Of a stretch of 64,000 bases of DNA, positions 25,001 to 35,299 are shown one piece after another. The position numbers were made by a program, and so were the translations under genes. Every line of letters begins with the position of its first letter. Positions within the stretch are counted from its first letter, which is position 1. The stretch is from Macrostomum hystrix (lineage: Eukaryota; Animalia; Platyhelminthes). Under the pieces are notes generated by a model. That model saw only the letters and a program-made list of their open reading frames with translations, searched no databases and was not told the DNA's origin. Location of the stretch: contig CATNEN010000007.1 of the NCBI GenBank assembly GCA_950097015.1, positions 12,462,001-12,526,000 of the forward strand, written 5' to 3'.

Positions 25001-28000
25001 CCATATTGGCTTCCCAGCTCTGCTCAGGCAGCATCTCCAGGAGGCGCCGTCCTGACTCGGCGTCGCTGGGCCAGATGAGCAGGCACGAGTCCCGCGTGGC
25101 GTGAGTTTTAATGGCCAGGGGCGTGCCCTTGAGGGTTTGCTTCCACAGGAGCCCGTCAATGACGCGGCTAGCTTGTGTCAGCTGGTCGGCAGTCAGACGC
25201 GCGTCCCTGCCAAGGATGACGATCGCCGGCTGCCTCCTTGCGACGGCGGCGAAGGTGGGCCTGCTGCGATCCCCCCCCGTCGCGGAGCCAGAGGCCCCAC
25301 CCTCCTGGGCGGCAGGGCGTGGGGACCGAGGGCCTTCCACGCCCGCCGTCCTGGCTGGCTGGGCTACACTGGCACCGGACTGAGGGTCCAAAGCACTTGA
25401 AGAAGTCGGTAGAGAGTACCCTTCATTGGCTTCGGGCGCCCTGCCTTCCTCAGGGACCGGACAGGTGGGCTGACGGCCTCCCGTAATGGCTGGCTGGGCC
25501 TCCTTCGGCCTAGGCCGAGGGTTCGACACTTCGAGGGCACCCGAGGCCAGTAGCTTGGCCTTGAGGCGTCTGCGGCGGGCTGCACCGGACGTGCTACTCA
25601 GCTTGGCGCTAAGTGGCTCGTTGGGCCCGATGCCGGGTGGGGCAGGTCCTGGATGGCTTGGTCCTGCTGTGGTCGTGATGTTGTCCGAAGAGGGCCCTTC
25701 GCGATGCGTGGGTACCTCCTCGATCTCCATCGTTTGTTTTTGGTTGTTTGATTCCATATCACCGAGAAATCGCTGGAATGCAAAAAAAAAGGAATGGAGG
25801 ACCGCTAATGGCCGGATTACTCCCCGGACCTCCCAGCCCCTCGGCGCGGTGTGACCTTAGGCATTGGAGAGCACAAAAGGCTGTGCCGGGCCCGCAGACT
25901 GGCTGCGTACCCTATGAGGTTGAAGGGTGACACCTTTTCCTCAGAGCCGTAGCCAGAGGTACCTGATCACGCACAGGTGCACGAACGCTGCGGACTGGCC
26001 GCATACCCTGTTAAGGTCGAAGGGTGACACCTTTCCCCCGGAGCCGGAGCCAGAGGTACCTGATCACGCACAGGTGGGCGAAAAACTGCGGACTGGCCGC
26101 ATGCCCTGTTAAAGGTCGAAGGGTGACACCTTTCCCTCAGAGCCGTAGCCAGAGGTACCTGATCACGCACAGGTGCACGAACGCTGCGGACTGGCCGCAT
26201 ACCCTGTTAAGGTCGAAGGGTGACACCTTTCCCCCTGAGCCGGAGCCAGAGGTACCTGATCACGCACAGGTGGGCGAAAAACTGCGGACTGGCCGCATGC
26301 CCTGTTAAAGGTCGAAGGGTGACACCTTTCCCTCAGAGCCGTAGCCAGAGGTACCTGCATCAGATTCTAATACACTGCATCAGATTCTAATACACTGCAT
26401 CAGATTCTAATACACTGCATCAGATTCTAATACACTGCATCAGATTCTAATACACTGCATCAGATTCTAATACACTGCATCAGATTCTAATACACTGCAT
26501 CAGATTCTAATACACTGCATCAGATTCTAATACACTGCATCAGATTCTAATACACTGCATCAGATTCTAATACACTGCATCAGATTCTAATACACTGCAT
26601 CAGATTCTAATACACTGCATCAGATTCTAATACACTGCATCAGATTCTAATACACTGCATCAGATTCTAATACACTGCATCAGATTCTAATACACTGCAT
26701 CAGATTCTAATACACTGCATCAGATTCTAATACACTGCATCACATTCTAATACACTGCATCAGATTCTTTTTATTAGGTTTGAAAAAAAAATTGCGATGA
26801 AGTATAAAATCACGCGCTGTTCATTCTGCGATGCATTTTAGGACACCGTGTTTCCGGTTCGGCATGGGGTAAGCATGTACAATTTACTATAAACATGACA
26901 CAGTGTCCAGGCGTCATAGACTACTCGATAGTAGCTCGTTCCTGTCGGATGCTCAATGCATGCCATCTTCGCTACGCAGGCCAAGACGGCCATATCGGTG
27001 CATCCGAAGTTCCTGGACGAGCCGCCGTCCGGCCGCTATTACTACCCCGGCTACTCGGCCTTCCTCATGGACCGCAACAGCGAGCAGCGCTACTTCATGT
27101 CCGGCTACTCGGGCTTCGTGCCCCGCCTGCGGAACCGGCTGGGCGGCACCTACCCGGTGCTGACGCACGACGCCTTGGACGATTTCGACAGAGCTCGGCG
27201 TCTGCACGCGGCCGTTTTGGCCGGCAAGCCTGACGACGTTGCTGGCGAGGACTGCGTCGGTGAAGACGCGGGAAAGGCGGGTCGCGGACGGCTGCGCGGA
27301 AGGCACGGCGAGGGCGTCATCTACAGGCAGGCCGAGGGACTCCTGCCCAACTACCAGGGACACATTCCCGGTGAGGCAGAATCATCTAGGTCCCAGCTGC
27401 CCAAATACCAGGGACACATTCCTGGTGAGGCAGAATCATCTAGGTCCCAGCTGCTCAACTACCAGGGACACATTCCCGGTGAGGCAGAATCATCTAGGTC
27501 CCAGCTGCCCAACTACCAGGGACACATTCCCGGTGAGGCAGAATCATCTAGGTCCCAGCTGCCCAACTACCAGGGACACATTCCCGGTGAGGCAGAATCA
27601 TCTAGGTCCCAGCTGCCCAACTACCAGGGACACATTCCCGGTGAGGCAGAATCATCTAGGTCCCAGCTGCCCAACTACCAGGGACACATTCCCGGTGAGG
27701 CAGAATCATCTAGGTCCCATCTGCCCAACTACCAGGGACACATTCCCGGTGAGGCAGAATCATCTAGGTCCCATCTGCCCAACTACCAGGGACACATTCC
27801 CGGTGAGGCAGAATCATCTAGGTCCCATCTGCCCAAATACCAGGGACACATTCCCGGTGAGGCAGAATCATCTAGGTCCCATCTGCCCAAATACCAAGGA
27901 CACATTCCCGGTGAGGCAGAATCATCTTAGGTCCCAGGATTCGCGGTAAACGTGTCAGCCTCTCGCACCAAGGTCCCGGAGCTCGATTCCGCGGCGAGGC

Positions 28001-28285
28001 CACATTGATTTAGGGTGCAGCAGCGGAGAGAAGGCTTGGGGGCTTGTCGTGCTTGAGGGCAAACCTCCAGGGCACAGTGAGAGTGTACACTGCCTGACTT
28101 GCTGGCTGCGGGTCTAGTGTTACCTTGTGCCCTTGCCCGCAGCCCTCCTGCAATTAATATTGCCATTTTCAACCACCTATAAGGTCCAATCAAATCATTA
28201 TAAAATGCACCGTGCAACAGGCCACCGGCGCCGCTTTGGTCAGTCCTTCGGGCGGATCACCCTGAACGCCAGGGAGCTGAACTAG
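19074..28285 (+). CDS. FAM166/CIMIP2-like ciliary microtubule inner protein; proposed exons 19074-19182, 19647-19855, 26842-26868, 26980-27370, 28221-28285
   Basis: Motifs SGYSGFVPRLRNRLGGTY and LPNYQGHIPG|HRRRFGQSFGRIT match the FAM166-type PGY.G.(V/I)P...FG.(S/T)(Y/F)G repeat. All junctions are GT-AG and phase-compatible. The first three exons are less certain than the last two. Confidence 0.7.
19881..20326. repeat. 20-bp minisatellite, left part (~22 copies)
   Basis: TCTAATACACTGCATCAGAT. Confidence 0.97.
20449..24150 (-). CDS. LINE ORF2: AP endonuclease, reverse transcriptase, RNase H and C-terminal Cys/His finger
   Basis: VQEP, GDVNAHH, SDH, KAPGPDG, YRPISL, PQGGVL, YADD, YTDGS, SDSQAAL, WIPGHAG..GNE.AD and C..C......E..EHFICQC motifs. 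Confidence 0.95.
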   Translation of the reverse strand: MSKNFCCLQINSQHCVAASVNLLRVAESTLPSLIFVQEPWLSKGKSTNIPSGFDCFCMANTPRPRSLILAANSLKAWMRPDLSTGDICVIQTLHIVQRKSTLVASVYLPGDAPTVSDALVALCDYAQARNFELLIAGDVNAHHTHWGSKNINDRGEELLAFVGGTNLNFCNVGSTPTFDNGRWSEVLDVTLASPGVLARISGWRVWGEEESLSDHRFIRFEVANATPKKTITWSRNVRNTDWTRFGLELSRGLRDIGTPGEITNCDTADELASKLGGTVINAYEAACPLKAYKGKKSAPWWNPELGILRKRAKALQRRSLKTRTPEDREAYVHASHEFKGQVRRAKAAKWRQYCEGLEGSRPTARVVKALTQDRFSKLSVVKRPDGSTTDTPEETLQLMLGHFFPSNQTAQGQPDHTVGGQGLAKSLVTKDRIIRAAKSFNPYKAPGPDGIYPAFLHEAVKNPCFLDILCQLLRACVELGYVPATWREARVVFLPKPAKDDYQSVKAYRPISLTSSLLKLLERLVLWRLLSVELKRFPLSQNQHAFRAGRSTESALHSIVEKLERAVLGNSFALSVFIDIEGAFDNVRFEAFRRALESRATHPHLVRWIMYMIQHRSVVANLNGHTLSAPVQKGGPQGGVLTPLLWNLVMDELLEDAPQDPVQKVGYADDVTATCAGPSAETTRDLVQGFINRAESWATRCGLRLSESKTVAIMFTSKLLWTIKPLTLYGKDIAMSKQTRCLGLILDHRLNWSHHLRFKTKRALATLAQVRRAVGTTWGLTPQKLWWIYTTIIRPSISYASLIWASATSTQGNLDALYRVQGRACRMTLGASPSTPFEGMNAFLGATPLDIFVKGEAAKSTRRLMDAGVTFKFSRAFKKRSLAPHSDLCLKILGECEGLYILSDAIPATLILSHRYKVEIQPRHEANDSWADSEIHCYTDGSMMNGISGFGACIYKGGEVAWTHSQHTGKNSSVFQNEMLAISSCAAELRLRGLTDRKIFFHSDSQAALRALDRSTTCSKTTLDCHAQLNELARANEVKLKWIPGHAGFPGNEMADQLAKAGAASTLAGPEPGAPIPANVTNLKLKRWMETQHLDRWTKTQNCKQSRAAVPCPSHRLRKALLKLNRRDLRAVSMALSGHGCFSRHRFLQGQLLEDKCTFCSSGSENAEHFICQCPVFTRARLEHLGPNPTLSDVCRPESIPQLARYLRDTGRANVFPTDSAEDQAAGESNGPP
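24147..25757 (-). CDS. LINE ORF1, 536 aa, no CCHC knuckle seen
   Basis: Lies directly upstream of ORF2 with an ATGA overlap. Central domain is conserved with ORF 45032-46543. Confidence 0.88.
   Translation of the reverse strand: MESNNQKQTMEIEEVPTHREGPSSDNITTTAGPSHPGPAPPGIGPNEPLSAKLSSTSGAARRRRLKAKLLASGALEVSNPRPRPKEAQPAITGGRQPTCPVPEEGRAPEANEGYSLPTSSSALDPQSGASVAQPARTAGVEGPRSPRPAAQEGGASGSATGGDRSRPTFAAVARRQPAIVILGRDARLTADQLTQASRVIDGLLWKQTLKGTPLAIKTHATRDSCLLIWPSDAESGRRLLEMLPEQSWEANMAFYREDEPPQTKRHRIFVPAASVVTSSEELRNGLLAVNRDLPAAGLVVHDTIQHPEGRGFTAILGLSDVWMRKYPDDTQIAIGLLKLRIRAFEADKRRKQGVNPTEAAAEGASAPKAARPSVRRHKAQHSHDGKAERAAEGGSDRHPARSTKRKGLLQRAAEAVQSAKLTHLRREASGLLRRAAQPRATGGATVGPSSMEQGPRGPRQIAQGGTLTETMGTTQMVGSATGGNRASQDAQYPPAGQEPDPVGEPMETGSPRHLPITEEEEEGLLAQSPQKPEEHQ
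25893..26354 (-). repeat. LINE 5' UTR tandem monomers, alternating 97 and 99 bp
   Basis: GGGTGACACCTT recurs at ~25925, 26022, 26121, 26218 and 26317. Confidence 0.9.
26355..26768. repeat. 20-bp minisatellite, right part (~20 copies)
   Basis: Same unit as 19881-20326. Confidence 0.97.
27343..27927 (+). repeat. 54-bp repeat x11 spanning an exon end and splice donor
   Basis: CTGCCCAACTACCAGGGACACATTCCCG|GTGAGGCAGAATCATCTAGGTCCCAG. Confidence 0.95.
27938..28160 (+). mobile_element. SINE family 1 copy, internally deleted, intronic
   Basis: GCCTCTCGCACCAAGGTCCCGGAGCTCGATTCCGCGGCGAGG...GCAGCCCTCCTGCAATTA matches the reverse complement of 13801-14130. Confidence 0.8.
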
Positions 28286-28634
28286 CCACCCACCGTGCCT
28301 TCGGGAGCTGGGCGACTAGGCGCGTGTCGATGGACAACTCTGGCGAGAAGTTTCCAGTGTAACTGAAATCCATACTCTTCATTCACAAACAAAAGTTTTC
28401 CATTGCCCAACCGATCGGAATGAAATATGCGAATTTTTTGCGATATTTCATTCTCTCAGCAGTATTTCTTTAGATAGAGTCATCAGTTGATTTCTGCGTC
28501 AGAAAAATTCAGTAGCAGAATTTCTGCTACTTTTGTCACTTTCGTGCAGCAAAACCAACTAAATAAACAAAGATAGTTTTTAAGGCTGCATCAATTTTTT
28601 TCTTTTTGGTACTACTATTAAAGGAAGTTGATTA

Positions 28635-29592
28635 CAGATGTGATGTGCTTTCAGAAGTGACAGCTCACAGTGTGATGTGGTTTCAGAGATGGCAGCTCAC
28701 AGTGTGATGTGGTTTCAGAGATGACAGCTCACAGTGTGATGTGGGTTCAGAGATGGCAGCTCACAGTGTGATGTGGTTTCAGAGATGGCAGCTCACAGTG
28801 TGATGTGGTTTCAGAGATGGCAGCTCACAGTGTGATGTGGGTTCAGAGATGGCAGCTCACAGTGTGATGTGGTTTCAGAGATGGCAGCTCACAGTGTGAT
28901 GTGCTTTCAGAAGTGACAGCTCACAGTGTGATGTGGTTTCAGAGATGGCAGCTCACAGTGTGATGTGGTTTCAGAGATGACAGCTCACAGTGTGATGTGG
29001 GTTCAGAGATGGCAGCTCACAGTGTGATGTGGTTTCAGAGATGGCAGCTCACAGTGTGATGTGGTTTCAGAGATGGCAGCTCACAGTGTGATGTGGGTTC
29101 AGAGATGGCAGCTCACAGTGTGATGTGGTTTCAGAGATGGCAGCTCACAGTGTGATGTGGTTTCAGAGATGACAGCTCACAGTGTGATGTGGGTTCAGAG
29201 ATGACAGCTCACAGTGTGATGTGGTTTCAGAGATGGCAGCTCACAGTGTGATGTGGTTTCAGAGATGGCAGCTCACAGTGTGATGTGGGTTCAGAGATGG
29301 CAGCTCACAGTGTGATGTGGTTTCAGAGATGGCAGCTCACAGTGTGATGTGGTTTCAGAGATGGCAGCTCACAGTGTGATGTGGTTTCAGAGATGACAGC
29401 TCACAGTGTGATGTGGTTTCAGAGATGGCAGCTCACAGTGTGATGTGGTTTCAGAGATGGCAGCTCACAGTGTGATGTGGTTTCAGAGATGACAGCTCAC
29501 AGTGTGATGTGGGTTCAGAGATGGCAGCTCACAGTGTGATGTGGTTTCAGAGATGGCAGCTCACAGTGTGATGTGGTTTCAGAGGTGACAGC
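28635..29592. repeat. 32-bp minisatellite, ~30 copies
   Basis: CAGCTCACAGTGTGATGTGGTTTCAGAGATGG. Confidence 0.96.
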
Positions 29593-30209
29593 CGCGCATT
29601 TTAGCAGGTAACCTACAAATTACAAGTTATCGGTGCGTCTCAGTGTCAGACTCAGAAACTGTCAAAGAGTGGAAGGCCATTTTTGGAGCCTCAGACAAAG
29701 ACTTTTCCTGAAGTCGAATCTGGAGGCAAACATCCGCTTTGCTGCAAGAAGAAAGGCAGAAATTCCCTCAAATTTTGGCATTCTCAACTTGCAGATTGCT
29801 GTGGTTATTTGGCCAACAATATTCTGCCAACATATTTTGCAACGCAGAATCTAGCGGAACAAATGTGGCTGAGCCAGAACAACAGCTGCGGTTTGAGATC
29901 GATAGATTGCTCAGTTGTCACAACTCTAGAAATCTGCGAGCTTTTAAATTTTGGCCTCTTTATCTCTCCCCTAGTAGCCTCAGGGAGTCCTCGCAAGAAT
30001 AAGCCTTGCAAACAGCTTGCAATCTGCATGGGAACACAAATCGCCTGCGAGAAAAGATACTCTTTAGCAATTGTGCTTCTGCCAAATCTCCGAGATAAAA
30101 GTAAAACTGAGGGTCCATTGTTCACAGCTGACAAAAATAGACAGAGGAGCTGACTGTGACTCCTCCCTCGTCACGGATCGCTCAGCCATCTCCGCCATTC
30201 CTTGAAGCC

Positions 30210-31427
30210 ATGCAGGCAGAGCTGCTTTTCTGCTGCGTAGCACTGCTGCAGCTCCTCCAGTGCGCCTCGGAGCGCTCGACCAACCAGTTCGTGCCGGCAG
30301 CTCTGTGCCCCAGCTCCGCCCTGCTCGGCCAGCCTGCGAAGTCTCGCATTCTCTGCAGCGTCGCCTGCACCCAGCGGCTCCGCTGCGACCTGTTTCACTT
30401 CAGCCGCGAGACAGGTCTCTGCTACCTGGGCAACTCGAGCTGCGCTGGGCTCACGCTCTGGACCGAAGGACCCTGCATCTCCCACAGGGCCGGTAATCAT
30501 AATCTATTATTTTTTAAAGATAAAAGTGCGTCAGGGGTTGGACTGAAATATTCCCCATGAATTATTGTACGAGTCAGTTCGCTGTCTGCAGATTTCGAAG
30601 GTGGCTCCTGCCAATCCTTTCCAGTGCGGCAATCACCGGAGCCGATCGCAGACCGGCTGAGCCTGAAGTTGCTCTACCGATTCGCCACCCACGGCCTTGA
30701 GAACGCAGCCGACCCCTTGAACCACCGGCTCTGGGGCGGCACCGTACCGATAGACTCCGAGGGGGCGCACTTCACCACGAGCCTGAGCTCCTACCTGATG
30801 GCTCAGACTCCCTGTTTTGAGAAGGTGGTCAACAAGGGCAACAAGTTCTCCTTCTTTGTTCGTGCCAAGCACCCTTTGAACATCGAGTGAGTATTAGGAC
30901 CCCATCTCTCCTGTACACTCAATCTATGTGCTACACGGATCTCCTCATGCTATGTCGATAAGGTTAGGCTCGCCTTAACAAATCAATACTTAAATTCTTT
31001 CCACAGCGGAACGTACGTTTCGTTTCGGCAGTGCAGCGGCGTCAACGTGGCGCACGACTTCTTCACGTACAATGGAAACACCTGGCACCAGGTCTTCTGG
31101 CCCTCGGATGGCAAATCTTATCTGTCAAAGTCTGGCGCAGTGTTTACGAAGAGCAGCAAAGTCGCCCTGGTCTCAGCCGGCGTGACCTACGACACGGACC
31201 GCGACGTCAGCTTCTTCTATAACGGGAGCATGCACCCCGCCACTCTGGACTCGACCAAATCGGCCAGCAACCTGAACAGCACCAATTTCCAATGCCTGCA
31301 GCTGGGCGGCTTTCCTGGGGACGCGCAGTACTCAGTGCAGGGCAGCATCTCCTGCTTCGGCCTGAGCACTCGGCTGCTGACGCTGGCCGAGTTCGTGCAG
31401 CTGGACGACTGGTGCAGGCAGGGCTAG
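30210..31427 (+). CDS. Secreted protein with a PAN/Apple domain and a probable LamG/ConA-like domain; exons 30210-30492, 30592-30886, 31007-31427
   Basis: Signal peptide; SRILCSVAC....RCDLFHF.....LCYL Apple pattern; C-terminal AGVTYD...FFYNG...LQLGG....VQGSISCFGL..R.LT..EF..L. Introns are phase-consistent GT-AG. Confidence 0.75.
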
Positions 31428-31688
31428 CGGCTCGGTGCCGCATGATTGAGAAGCTCGAGTATCTCTAAGGTACATCGATTCGCTGGGAGTGCACTGTGAT
31501 GCGTTCTAGCTAAAAAGCTGAAGGCAAAACATCAAAGATGCAAAATAGATTTGTTTTACTTTGATTCAAAGCCCGTTAAAAATTAAAATACGAATGCGGT
31601 ATATAATTTTCACAATAGTCACATCCGATTTGCCCTGATGAAGTTTGCACGGTAATCCTATTGAATGGTATCACATCCTGCACGCATA

Positions 31689-32400
31689 GAGGTTGTAGCC
31701 TTGTCGTTAGAGCTTCGGACTCACGACTTGAAGGTCAAGGGTTCGATTCTCGACTCCACTGGAACAATTTACGTCCTTTAGCAAGACACTTAACTCTGCA
31801 TTGCTGCCAGCATGAATGCCATCACTCCAGCATGAATGCCATCACTCCAGCATGAATGCCATCACTCCAGCATGAATGCCATCACTCCAGCATGAATGCC
31901 ATCACTCCAGCATGAATGCCATCACTCCAGCATGAATGCCATCACTCCAGCATGAATGCCATCACTCCAGCATGAATGCCATCACTCCAGCATGAATGCC
32001 ATCACTCCAGCATGAATGCCATCACTCCAGCATGAATGCCATCACTCCAGCATGAATGCCATCACTCCAGCATGAATGCCATCACTCCAGCATGAATGCC
32101 ATCACTCCAGCATGAATGCCATCACTCCAGCATGAATGCCATCACTCCAGCATGAATGCCATCACTCCAGCATGAATGCCATCACTCCAGCATGAATGCC
32201 ATCACTCCAGCATGAATGCCATCACTCCAGCATGAATGCCATCACTCCAGCATGAATGCCATCACTCCAGCATGAATGCCATCACTCCAGCATGAATGCC
32301 ATCACTCCAGCATGATACGCTGATACTCAGATCTTGGGGAACCAAACGGGCGGAAAAGTAAACGGACGCGTCACCTGGCCTTGGCAACAGAAAATTAAAA
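31689..32400 (+). mobile_element. tRNA-derived SINE, family 2, with a CORE-like block, interrupted by a minisatellite
   Basis: A-box-like TAGCCTTGTCG, B box GGTTCGATTC, then GTCCTTTAGCAAGACACTTAACTC. The 3' boundary is uncertain. Confidence 0.55.
31807..32314. repeat. 20-bp perfect minisatellite, ~25 copies
   Basis: CATGAATGCCATCACTCCAG. Confidence 0.97.
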
Positions 32401-32775
32401 TGTGAACTGAGTTCTAGAATCTCTGTGTAAACAACTGTTTGAGTATTAGTATCTAAGAGAGACAGTCAGGGAACAGGTTGCTCAGCAATTTAAGCTGACA
32501 AAGCTTTTCAAAGTAGGACACAGTGCCAATTAGCAAAGAAGAGATGTGTATAAGAAAACAAAGATCATAGGTAAAAAATCGCGATTTAATCCGGTTAAGA
32601 ATTGACAGCATAGAAAATAAATAGTCCGGCTGCTTGACAGCAATGAAGTTCGTCGAAACTAATTTTCGAATCTAAATAAATTCTAAAAGCAATTTTAACT
32701 GGTCATGAGTGACGGCACAGGGTGCTGCATTGCTGCGGCAGCCGCATCAGAATTTGAGTTCTCCCCGTAAAGCTC

Positions 32776-35154
32776 TTACAATTCTGGCAGATCTTGCGGC
32801 CCCAAATCGCCTGCACTCGCTGAAGTCAGCTGGCTCATGACCTCGTCATAGTCGTCATTCATTTCCCCGTCCAGCGTAAAGAGAAGTAGCTCGCTCAGAG
32901 GATCAGCTGGGTCAGGTGCAACTGCAGGTGTATCCATGCGAGCCATCTTTTTGGATCGAGGTTCTGTAAAGATTTTGTAAAGGATAGCGTATATAGAGTA
33001 ATAATAATATTTATTGTACAAAGTTTATAACAAAAAGTGCGCTCCCAATGCACCTGACTCTAGACCGGCTGACAAACTGACAAGCTTCATCACCACTGCT
33101 TCGCTAGAATCACCGCTCTTCTTCTCCTGGACAGTCACTGAGAAGGAGCCTGAGATGTTACGCATGGTTGTGCTTGAGAAGTCGAACACCAGGAGGTGCT
33201 GCAATGAGCAGTTCTGATTTAACCCTATGAAACTCGTGCATTCGAGAACAGCTGATGCAGCTCAATATTACCTTCTTCAGCTCCCTGGGCTGCACTTCGA
33301 ATCTGAGCTCCTGCTCTTCATTCTCCACAATCACAAGGAAGTCTGACACAGTAGTGCCTGCGATTGCAGATGGAACCCTTTCATAACAGAGTACATGACA
33401 AGCATCGGTTGGTAAGCACAATCGCATACCTGTGGGCAGGGGGTCCTTCGTGTAGAGCCACACGTCCTGGTCAGCACGCGACACCGAGTCAGGAATGATG
33501 TACTCAACTGTCATGGTTGAGAAGATCTCTGGAATCCGAAGAGCATGAGTATAAGTGAGCTGCCGTCTCAAAGTAACTCATCTAAGTGTGCTCAGGGATA
33601 GAAATAATGTCCAGGGTCGCTAGCAGTGCTGCTGCTTTGCCCCAAAAATGGCCAACTACTGCTCACTGGCGTCACCGATCACATCGGTGCACAGAGGCTG
33701 GCAGTCCGCTGGAGCCCACTCGCCTGAGCTCGGCAGCTGATAGAACACTTGGAAGGCCAGACGGAGTTTGTTGACTTCCTTGCCCTGGAAGGGGTTGCTT
33801 TTGGCCTCCTCTGAAATGCATAAAAAGTACATTGGTCGGTACTTCTCACTGGTGTGGAAGCTGCAGAACCCTGACTGTTGAGCATACTGGAGTCACTCAC
33901 TGCTGAACAAATTATACTTGTCCATCCTCATTGAGTAGAAGCCGTCCTGCTGACTCGAGTCACTCGGGGCAGCCTTTGTTGCTGTGAGTCCGTTCTCAGC
34001 GGCTCCCCTCGCTTTGCCTCTGCCTTTTTTGCTCTTTTTCGGAGTGGAGACGATCCCGACCTTCTCCAGTCTGACCATGGGTTAGCAATCGCAAAGTGGG
34101 TTTTGAAGCGCTGCTTATGAAGTGAAAAGAAGAAAAACCAACATGGCTAACTTTATCTATGCATACGACTTCGCCTGTCGAATCGAAATGGAGAAAATGA
34201 GAAATGTAGCTAGCCCAGTCCGGCATTATTGAAGGCTGTTCAGTCCACTCAGGCTACATAAGCATAGGAGAATTCTATTGAAAGTGATTTAAAGCTAAGA
34301 ACAAATCTGCAGTTGAATCGCTGCTTTCATGGAATCGGCCCCTGTCTGTTAACTGTCTGTCTGTAACTGTCTGTCTGTTAACTGTCTGTTAACTGTCTGT
34401 AAACTGTCTGTCTGTTAACTGTCTGTCTGTTTACTGTCTGTCTGTTAACTGTCTGTCTGTTAACTGTCTGTCTGTTAACTGTCTGTAAACTGTCTGTCTG
34501 TTAACTGTCTGTCTGTTAACTGTCTGTCTGTTAACTGTCTGTCTGTTAACTGTCTGTCTGTTAACTGTCTGTTAACTGTCTGTCTGTTAACTGTCTGTTA
34601 ACTGTCTGTCTGTTAACTGTCTGTCTGTTAACTGTCTGTCTGTTAACTGTCTGTTAACTGTCTGTCTGTTAACTGTCTGTTAACTGTCTGTCTGTTAACT
34701 GTCTGTCTGTTAACTGTCTGTCTGTTAGCCATCTGTCTGTCTGTTAACTGTCTGTCTGTTAGCCATCTGTCTGTCTGTTAACTGTCTCTCTGTTCGGACA
34801 ATGGAATGACATGGAATCGGCCCCTCACGTCACTTCCGTGGTCGGGCTGGAAGCCGGGAAGCTGAGCTCCTTCTGGAACATGCCTCGGTCGCAGTCGTCT
34901 CCAGCCAGGTAGAACGGGTGCGGCGTCCGGTCCTCGAAGACGGTGCAGCCGATCAGCTTCAGTTTGAAGTCAGTTTTTACCTGCTGTACACAGGTGACCT
35001 GCACAGTAACTGGAGTCTTTCCGCCAGGGTTGCGACTGTGCAGAACACTGCCCATGCGACCATCTTTGACTTCCTTCAGGTAGCGGAACCGGTGCAGCTT
35101 CGATGGCTGATGCTGCTGGGTGATTGACAGTGAGACTGTGGGCCTTGCATGCAT
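32776..35154 (-). CDS. Rel-homology-domain (NF-kB/NFAT superfamily) transcription factor, copy A, ~385 aa; exons 35154-34829, 34070-33901, 33810-33667, 33528-33430, 33357-33272, 33198-33054, 32963-32776
   Basis: In order: QPSKLHRFRYLKE, PHPFYLAGDDCDRG, LEKVGIV..PKK, VNKLRLAFQV, QPLCTDVIGD, an IPT-like region, a basic NLS-like patch and an acidic tail. Six GT-AG introns are all phase-consistent (1158 nt in total). Confidence 0.82.
34344..34786. repeat. 15-bp TGTCTGTCTGTTAAC minisatellite in intron 1 of copy A
   Basis: Seen directly. A shorter version lies at ~38445-38692 in copy B. Confidence 0.92.
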
Positions 35155-35299
35155 GCTGTGCTCTAAAATGTTATGAAATATGAAGTCAGCTTGGCTACAG
35201 AAAAAATATTTCAATCAATATAAGTTCTTTACATAACCCTAACCATGATATTCTTGCACTTTTGTTGGTGTCAGATGACCCACAATAAGAGGAATATGG

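Larger units (their letters stand above)
20327..26354 (-). mobile_element. Apparently intact non-LTR retrotransposon (LOA/R1/I-group; APE-RT-RNase H), LINE-A
   Basis: Two uninterrupted ORFs, 5' tandem monomers and a 3' TAAGTCAAAG tail. Inserted in the 20-bp array, antisense within an intron. Confidence 0.93.

Noticed and set aside
25960-26290. Hammerhead-like CTGATCA...GAA in the monomers (+ strand)
   Set aside because: The core G8 is C, stems I and III were not found, and it is antisense to the LINE.
31689-31760. tRNA-Val(CAC) gene
   Set aside because: Stems are imperfect and a SINE-like body follows, so it is treated as a SINE head.
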